DNA of 64,000 nt from the NCBI GenBank assembly GCA_009914755.4, contig CP086569.2, positions 768,001-832,000 on the forward strand. Direction: 5' to 3'. This document shows positions 56,293 through 64,000 of the stretch, one piece after another (the stretch's first letter is position 1; each line of letters opens with the position of its first letter). Made by a program: the position numbers and the translations under genes. Below the pieces are notes generated by a model. That model saw only the letters and a list, made by a program, of their open reading frames with translations. It had not been told where the DNA came from and did not search any database. This DNA is from the human T2T-CHM13v2.0 reference genome, Homo sapiens.

Positions 56293-56699
56293 ACAGGAAG
56301 GATTTAAGCAGGTTAGGTTCCCACCCTCTGACCCTGTTTCCCCATAGACACTCCATAAATAAAAGAGAGATCAAACCTGTGTCTTTCGCAATGCAGGCTG
56401 TTGACAAAAATGAGGAATGGGATTTGGAGCTCCATGTCAGCTGCAATGGCCACACGGGAAAGCCTAGGAGGCTGCTCTGGAAACAGAGGGGCTGTTCTAG
56501 GTGACGCCAAACTAGCACAGATGAGGCACAGAAGAGACGCCTGCGACAGATATGGAAGACACCTTCAGAAAGGGCAAAATTCAGCCACCTAAGCACAATA
56601 GAGGCCAAACAGATGGCTGTCATGGAATCAGGCAGTGTCCCATAGCCCAATACACGCCGACATTGTAACATAACCTTTACCTGAGAAAATGCCCAGGTT

Positions 56700-58890
56700 C
56701 ACCGCCTGGGGAAGCAAGCTACACTCTACAAAGAAATATCCAGTGAGCACAACAGGACACATCTAACCTACACTGTAAAATAGAAATAATGAGTGTCCTG
56801 CATCTGGGGATCCACCTACACTCTACACTAGACACACCCAGTGTCCTCCGTCTGGGGGATACACCAACACTCTACAGTAGATACACTGAATGTCCTCCAT
56901 CTGGTGATGCACCTACACTCTGCAATAGACACACTCAATGTCCTCCATTGGGGGGATCCATCTACACTCTACACTAGACACACTCAATGTCCTCCATCTG
57001 GGGATCCTCCTACACTCTACAATAGACACACTCAATGTCCTCCATCTGGGGATCCTCCTGCACTCTACAATAGACACACCCAGTGTCCTCCGTCTGGGGG
57101 ATACACCAACACTCTACAGTAGATACACTGAATGTCCTCCATCTGGGGATGCACCTACACTCTACACTAGACACACTCAATGTCCTCCATTGGGGGGATC
57201 CATCTACACTCTACACTAGACACACTCAATGTCCTCCATCTGGGGATCCCCCTACACTCTACAATAGACACACTCAATGTCCTCCATCTGGGGATCCTCC
57301 TACACTCTACAATAGACACACTCAATGTCCTCCATCTGGGGATCCCCCTACACTCTACACTAGACACACTCAATGTCCTCCATCTGGGGATCCTCCTACA
57401 CTCTACAATAGATACACTCAATGTCCTCCATCTGGGGATCCTCCTACACTCTACACTAGACACACTCAATGTGCTCCATCTGGGGATCCTCCTACACTCT
57501 ACAATAGACACACTCAATGTCCTCCATCTGGGGATCCTCCTACACTCTACACTAGACACACTCAATGTCCTCCATCTGGGGATCCTCCTACACTCTACAA
57601 TAGACACACTCAATGTCCTCCATCTGGGGATCCTCCTACACTCTACACTAGACACACTCAATGTGCTCCATCTGGGGATCCTCCTACACTCTACAATAGA
57701 AACACTCAGCGTCCTCCATCTGGGGATCCACCTACACTCTACAATAAACCAACTCAATTTGCTCCATCTGGGGATCCATCTACACTCTACACTAGACACA
57801 CTCAATGTCCTCCATCTGGGGATCCTCCTACACTCTACAATAGACACACTCAATGTCCTCCATCTGGGGATCCTCCTACACTCTACACTAGACACACTCA
57901 ATGTCCTCCATTGGGGGGATCCATCTACACTCTACAATAGACACACTCAATGTCGTCCATCTGGGGATCCTCCTACACTCTACAACAGATACACTCAATG
58001 TCCTCCATCTGGGGATCCTCCTACACTCTACAATAGACACACTCAATGTCCTCCATCTGGGGATCCTCCTACACTCTACAATAGACACACTCAATGTCCT
58101 CCATCTGGGGATCCTCCTACACTCTACAATAGACACACTCAATGTCCTCCATCTGGGGATCCTCCTACACTCTACAATAGATACACTCAATGTCCTCCAT
58201 CTGGGGATCCTCCTACACTCTACAATAGAAACACTCAGCGTCCTCCATCTGGGGATCCACCTACACTCTACAATAAACCAACTCAATTTGCTCCATCTGG
58301 GGATCCACCCACACTTTGCAATAGACACACTCAATGTCCTCCATCTGGGGATCCACTTACCCTTTACAGTACACACACTGAATGTCCTCCATCTGGGGAT
58401 CCAGCTACACTCTACACTAGATACACTCAATGTCCTCCATCTTGGGATCCAGCTATACTCTACAATAGAAACACCCATCTGGGGATCCACCTACACTCTA
58501 CACTAGACACATTCAATGTCCTCCATCTGGGGATCCACCTACACTCTACAATAGAAACACTCAGCGTCCTCCATCTGGGGCTCCACCTACACTCTACAAT
58601 AGACACACCCATCTGGGGATCCACCTACACTCTACAATAGACACACCCATCTGGGAATCCACCTACACTCTATTGTAGATCCACAATCTACAATAGACAC
58701 ACTCAGCGTCCTCCATCAGGGGATCCACCTACACTGTACAATAGAGATACCCAGTGACCACCATCTTGGCACCCACCCACACTACAATAGAGATAGATTC
58801 CCAGTGTCCCCTATTTGGGGAACCTACCTGCACTCTGCAATGAATATGCACATCAACTTTCTGGGGTTTCTCCTTGCAATCTGGGATAGA
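56700..58890. repeat. 48-bp minisatellite (VNTR), ~45 copies. The core unit is about tggggatcctcctacactctacaatagacacactcaatgtcctccatc, and the array degenerates at both edges.
   Basis: 'tgggg' recurs at 57241 and 57289, 48 bp apart. The 4th-last unit base alternates (acaatag versus acactag). ORF-track 16-aa periodicities appear in three frames and on both strands. Confidence 0.95.
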
Positions 58891-58937
58891 CCTATTCGTT
58901 GTTCACTGCCCTTGAGTAGCTGAGGGTCGTTGCTCAG

Positions 58938-59275
58938 GCATTTTTGGAAGGAAGTTTGGTCTTAATCTAAGGCATCTTTGGAAGGAAAGTTGGTCTTAAC
59001 CTAAGGCATTTTTGGAAGGAAGATTGGTATTATCCTAAGGCATCTTTGGAAGGAAGGTTGGTCTTAATGTAAGGCATCTTTGGAAGGAAAGTTGGTCTTA
59101 ACCTAAGGCATTTTTGGAAGGAAGGTTGGTCTTAACATAAGGCATTTTTGGAAGGAAGGTTGGCCTTAATCTAAGGCATTTTTGGAAGGAAGGTTGGTCT
59201 TATCCTAAGGCATCTTTGGAAGGAAGGTTGGTCTTAATGTAAGGCATCTTTGGAAGGAAGGTTGGTCTTAATCTT
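58938..59275. repeat. 34/35-bp minisatellite, ~10 copies. The unit is about ctaaggcat(c/t)tttggaaggaa(a/g)gttggtcttaac.
   Basis: Read directly. It lies immediately downstream of the 48-bp VNTR. Confidence 0.95.
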
Positions 59276-59389
59276 GTGTCCACCTGCAGCCTGCTATGTT
59301 TTATTCTTGGGTTTTCTCTCACTTTTTTGCCTAGCAGAAGCAAGCCATGAAGCTGTGTCCATGAGATATTCTGTAGAGCCTGGAATAAT

Positions 59390-59890
59390 CCCTCCTTTCC
59401 ACGTCTTGTCCCGCCATGGAGTGCCCCAGAGTTCCGGGACGTGGAAGGTGCCGTCCCCTGCCTGACACGGTGCTGCCCAGCTCCCTCCTCATCCCGGTGG
59501 CTTCCCAAACTCCCCGGGCCTGCTGGAGGAAACACCTGTGCTGAAGACTCGGAGGCCCTTCCCTCCAAACCCTGACTCCGGGGTCAGCGACGCCAACAGG
59601 TGTTTTTTCTCAGAATCGCCTTCTTGTCTGAATTGAGCCCCAGGATCAGAAGGCCAAGGGGCCAGGGGTCAGACGCAGCCACGCAGGGTTCCCCGGGGGC
59701 CAGGGCTTACCAGGTGGTTAATATTATCAGAGCTCATTTGCTGAAGCTGGACTGGCGTGTTCTCGGCGGTCCCAAATAAATTTAACGAGAGCGACTTTCA
59801 AAGCCCACCTATTAGGACCGTCTGTTCAATGGACAGGAGGGTTAACCGTAATTCGAGGAGGCAGCTTGGCCGTCTCCAAATAGGAACACA
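59390..59890. other. Moderately GC- and CpG-rich non-repetitive segment. I count about 25 CpGs in ~500 bp by eye (observed/expected roughly 0.6). It is the only such stretch in the window.
   Basis: cccgccatggagtgccccagagttccgggacgtggaaggtgccgtcccc...ccggggtcagcgacgccaacagg...gacgcagccacgcagggttccccggggg...ggcgtgttctcggcggtc... Confidence 0.3.
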
Positions 59891-60467
59891 TGGACTGTGA
59901 GGCTTGGCCCCATTTGTGGTAATTTTAAGGTCTCGTTTCCATTTGTAAGAAACATAACTACTTACATATGGAAAGAATGAATAAGAGAAGTCATTAAAAT
60001 TTCTCTAATTTAGGAAAAAAATAAAAAAAAAAAGATGTAACGAAGTAATATCTTTACCAGGCCAGGCAGAAATGTAAATTAGACATTAGAAGAAAAACCT
60101 ATTAACAGGATGGCTGGATGGCTGCGTGGCTTGCCTGTTTTTTTTTTTTTTTAATCTAATGAATTTATGAATTGCTAGTTGTGGGGGTCACAGATTTTGT
60201 TAATTTCCTATGTGTTTAGCTCTGCAGTAAGAAGGGAGGATTTGCTTATGAACCACGGATGCTAAGTCCATTAGCGGGGCGGTTGCTAATCAGAACACAA
60301 ATGGTAATACGTACGGTCCAGCATTGAAAAAAAAAAAGACAGAAAAACACATGAATTATTTCAAGTTGGGGTTTTTCCAACTTCTGTCCGTTGTCCCCAC
60401 AGGTCATCAGAATATTTAAACATCAGGGAGTAAGAGGCGACCTAGCTAGGTAGCTGCCTGATTATAA

Positions 60468-61081
<614 letters not shown>

Positions 61082-61101
61082 GTTAAAATGTTTTGTTGCC
61101 A

Positions 61102-61346
61102 GGCCAGGCACGGTGGCTCACGCCTATAATCCCAGCACTTTGGGAGGTTGAGGCAGGTGGATCACCTGAGGTCGGGAGTTCGAGACCAGCCTGGCCAACA
61201 TGGAGAAACCCCATCTCTACTAAAAATACAAAAATTAGCTGGGTTTGATGGTGGGTGCCTGTAATCCCAGCTACTCAGGAGGCTGAGGCAGGAGAATCAC
61301 TTGAACCCAGGAGGCAGAGTTTGCAGTGAGCTGAGATCGTGCCACC
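61102..61346 (+). mobile_element. Alu SINE, 3'-truncated at about position 245
   Basis: ggccaggcacggtggctcacgcctataatcccagcactttgggaggttgaggcaggtggatcacctgaggtcgggagttcgagacc...gcagtgagctgagatcgtgccacc. Confidence 0.9.
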
Positions 61347-61349
61347 AAA

Positions 61350-61505
61350 CCCAGATAATTTTGTTTGTTTGTTTGTTTGTATTTTTAGTAGAGAAGGAGT
61401 TTCACTATGTTGGCAAGGCTGGTCTTGAACTCCTGACCTTGTGATCCACCTGCCTCAGCCTCTCAAAGTGCTGAGATTACACATGTGAACCACTGTGCCC
61501 AGCCC
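61350..61505 (-). mobile_element. Alu 5' half in minus orientation, joined directly to the preceding truncated plus-strand Alu
   Basis: (gttt)n gtatttttagtagagaaggagtttcactatgttggcaaggctggtcttgaactcctgaccttgtgatccacctgcctcagcctctcaaagtgctgagattacacatgtgaaccactgtgcccagcc. Confidence 0.85.
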
Positions 61506-61506
61506 A

Positions 61507-62229
61507 TCCCCTCTTCTTATGAGGTGTCTTAGTCGATTTCAGGCTGCCATCTCAGAACACCATAGACTGGGTGGCTTCAAAATAACAGACATTGATTCTC
61601 CCACAGTCCTGGCGGCTGGAAGTCTGAGATCAAGGTGTAGGAAGGGTTGGTTTCTCCTAAGGCCTCTCTCTTTGCCCTGTAGATGCCATCTTCTCCCTGT
61701 GTGCTCACAGGGTCATCCCTCTGTCTGTGTCTGTGTCCTCATCTCATCTTCTTATGGGATGTCTTAGTCCATTTCAGGCTGCTATCACAGAACACCATAG
61801 ACTGGGTGGCTTAGAAACAACAAACATTGATTCTCCCACAGTCCTGGAGGCTGGAAGTCTGAGATTAAGGTGTGGGCAGGGCTGGTTCTTCCTGGGGCCT
61901 CTCTCCTGGGCTTGCCGACACCATAGTCTCCTTGCGTCCTCACACGGTCATCCCTCTGTGTGTGTCTGTGTCCTCATTTCCTCTTCTTATGGGATGCCTT
62001 AGTCCATTTCAGACTGCCATCACAGATCACCATTAGACTGGGTGGCTTAGAAACAACAGACATTGATTCTCCCACAGTCCTGCAGGCTGGAAGTCTGAGA
62101 TGAAGGTGTGGGCAGGGCTGGTTCCTCCTGAGGACCCTCTCCTGTGCTTGCAGACCGTATCTTCTCCCTGAGTCCTCACGTGGTCCTCCCTCTGTGTGTG
62201 TCTGTGTCATCATCTCCTCTTCTTATAAG
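61507..62229 (-). repeat. Three tandem copies (~235-bp period) of the 3'-terminal ~235 bp of an MLT1-family MaLR LTR, in minus orientation
   Basis: The unit reads cttcttatgggatgtcttagtccatttcaggctgctatcacagaacaccatagactgggtggcttagaaacaacaaacattgattctcccacagtcctggaggctggaagtctgagattaaggtgtgggcagggctgg...gtcatccctctgtgtgtgtctgtgtcctcat. It restarts at ~61515, 61746, 61983 and 62218. The reverse complement matches the MLT1 3' end (...ccacaaactgggtggcttaaaacaacagaaatttattctctcacagttctggaggctagaagtctgaaatcaaggtg...). Confidence 0.75.
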
Positions 62230-62235
62230 GACTTC

Positions 62236-62286
62236 TGCCTGGGCAACAAGAGCGAAAGTCTGTCTCAAAAAAAAAAAAAAAAAAAG
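62236..62286 (+). mobile_element. Alu 3'-tail fragment (~30 bp plus poly-A) that terminates the MLT1 array
   Basis: ctgcctgggcaacaagagcgaaagtctgtctcaaaaaaaaaaaaaaaaaaag. Confidence 0.7.
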
Positions 62287-62546
62287 TTTTGTTACCATCT
62301 TCTTCCCAGAACTGAGAAGGCTACAGAAACGCTGGTCCTGAAACGGTGTCCATTTCTCTGCTCAATTCTTCTGGGACTTCATCCCAGTAGGTTGAGACCA
62401 AGTAAATAAATGATAATCCTGGATAGCAGGTGTGTGCAGGTTTAAGAGGAGGCAGAGAGAGAAGGGAGCCATCATTTGCCCCAACCGCTCCATGTGTCTT
62501 CATCCTACTGTAATCAAGTGGAAATGAGTAAGAAGGAACCATGTCT

Positions 62547-62845
<299 letters not shown>

Positions 62846-62847
62846 TC

Positions 62848-63000
62848 AGATCTTGTGAGAACTCACTCAGTATCACGAGAACAGCATGAGGGTAACTGTC
62901 CCCATGATTAAATTACCTCCCACTGGGTCCCTCTCATGACACATAAGGAGTATGGGAACCACAATTCATGATGAGGTTTTGGGGTCGGGGGACACAGCCA
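62848..63000 (-). mobile_element. THE1/MST-type MaLR LTR, about the first 150 bp, in minus orientation. The Alu poly-A on its left truncates it.
   Basis: The reverse complement reads tgatatggtttggctgtgtcccccgaccccaaaacctcatcatgaattgtggttcccatactccttatgtgtcatgagagggacccagtgggaggtaatttaatcatgggggacag...ctgttctcgtgatactgagtgagttctcacaagatct. This matches the remembered THE1 5' end TGATATGGTTTGGCTGTGTCCCCACCCAAATCTCATCTTGAATTGTAGCTCCCATAATTCCCACGTGTTGTGGGAGGGACCCAGTGGGAGGTAATTGAATCATGGGGG. Confidence 0.7.
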
Positions 63001-63039
63001 AACCATATCAAACAGCTTTATTTTTGCCCCAAAAGAATT

Positions 63040-63830
63040 GACATGAGAATCTTGAAGAAATACCTGGATTCCCATACTCACTGATGAATTATCCACAATA
63101 GCCAAGACACGGACCAAACCAAGCAACCACGAATGGATGAATGGATAACGAAATTGGGAGAATTATCCACAATAGCCAAGACAGGGACCAAACCAAGCGG
63201 TCACGAATGGATGAATGGATAAAGAAATTGGGAGAATTATCCATAATAGCCAAGACATGGACCAAACCAAGTGACCATGAATGGATGAATGGTTAAAGAA
63301 ACTGGGAGGATTATCCGCAATACCCAAGACACGGACCAAACCAAGTATTATCCACAATAGCCAAGACACGGACAAACCAAGCGACCAAAAATGGATGACT
63401 GGATAAAGAAATTGGAAGAATTATCCACAATAGCCAAGACATGGACCAAACCAAGAGACCATGAATGGATGAATGGAAACTGAGAGACCATGAATGGAGG
63501 AATGGATAAAGATATTGGGAGAATTATCCACAATAGCCAAGACATGCAACCAAACCAAGCGACCATGAATGGATGCATGGATAAAGAAATTGGGACATCA
63601 ATAATATACATGCATTGGAATATTACTCAGCCTTGAAAAAGAAGAAAATCTTGCCATTTGCAACAACACAGGTGAACCTGGAGGACATTATGTTTCGTGA
63701 GATAAGCCAGGCACAGAAACACAAATACTTCATGATCTCCCTTAAATGAGAAATCTAAAATAGTCAAACTCATAGAAGCAGAGAGGAGAACTCATACCAT
63801 GTTTTCTGTGGATTGACTTTGGCCAAGAAG
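63040..63830 (+). mobile_element. Old L1 (L1M/L1PB-like) ORF2 3' region, plus orientation, carrying an internal tandem expansion
   Basis: aagaaatacctggattcccatactcactgatgaattatccacaatagccaagac...tactcagccttgaaaaagaagaaaatcttgccatttgcaacaacacaggtgaacctggaggacattatgtttcgtgagataagccaggcacagaaacacaaatacttcatgatctcccttaaatgagaaatctaaaatagtcaaactcatagaagcagagaggagaa. This matches the 3' region of older L1 families (...tattcacaatagccaagatatggaatcaacctaagtgtccatcaacagatgaatggataaagaaaatgtgg...actcagccataaaaaagaatgaaatcctgtcatttgc...). Confidence 0.8.
63088..63600. repeat. ~74-bp minisatellite, ~7 copies, derived from L1 ORF2 sequence. The unit is about aattatccacaatagccaagacacggaccaaaccaagcgaccatgaatggatgaatggataaagaaattgggag.
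   Basis: Units start at ~63088, 63162, 63236, 63310, 63350, 63421 and 63520. Each copies the L1 segment 'ttcacaatagccaagac(a/t)tggaa(c/t)caac(c)(c/t)aagtgtccatcaacagatgaatggataaagaaaatgtgg'. Confidence 0.9.
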
Positions 63831-64000
63831 AACAATGCATTCATGTGAGACACGTATATTCTTCTGCAGATGGGAACCAAAGGCCTTTGCTGTCTTCATG
63901 CCAGCAGCTGCCTGTCTTCATCCTCCGAGCCAAGAGATATTCCTCACATATTCCTCATAGCGGTGCCGCATCGTGAAACCACAGAAAAGAAGAGACACTT

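Noticed and set aside
57083-58640. 486-aa and 285-aa ORFs across the 48-bp VNTR as a possible mucin-like PTS-repeat exon
   Set aside because: Three frames and both strands are open. Every unit encodes a Cys, which is atypical for mucin PTS domains. No ATG or splice-site context can be defended from the sequence alone. I keep it only as a low-probability item to check by BLASTX or RNA-seq (see findings).

Overview
This window is primate (human-type) nuclear DNA, not prokaryotic. About two thirds of it is recognisable repeat. I count more than 60 Alu SINE copies or fragments, including AluY-like copies with intact target-site duplications. There are three 3'-end fragments of a minus-strand L1 (L1P-type), one older plus-strand L1 3' end, MaLR LTR pieces (MLT1 and THE1/MST-like), and one MER5A hAT DNA transposon. 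Simple and compound repeats total roughly 20 kb and are of the GATA/GGAT/CATA/TCTA, CT/GA, TTTC and AT-rich kinds. I cannot defend any protein-coding exon, RNA gene, CRISPR array or operon-like organisation from the sequence. Every long ORF in the six-frame track lies inside a tandem repeat, where the period is a multiple of 3 and several frames stay open, or inside an L1 ORF2 remnant. I do not see a novel 'biological system' in any prokaryotic sense. What stands out is structural. (i) A quasi-palindrome of about 4.8 kb at 24.7-29.5 kb has polypyrimidine and polypurine minisatellite arms plus homologous unique flanks. (ii) There are two head-to-tail tandem Alu arrays, 8 copies with a 357-bp period at 6.8-9.6 kb and 5 copies with a 309-bp period at 47.2-48.7 kb. 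(iii) At least nine distinct minisatellites are packed into the window, with periods of 45, 71, 48, 34, about 30 (AT-rich), 75, 74 (L1-derived), 235 (MLT1-derived) and about 250 bp. (iv) GATA-family compound repeats recur in alternating orientation, and in one place they flank a MER5A element as an inverted pair. (v) Direct duplications of 90-100 bp bracket Alu insertions in several places. Together these point to a recombination-prone and probably copy-number-variable locus, likely poorly represented in older assemblies. All coordinates are hand-counted from the printed sequence and may be off by a few bases.
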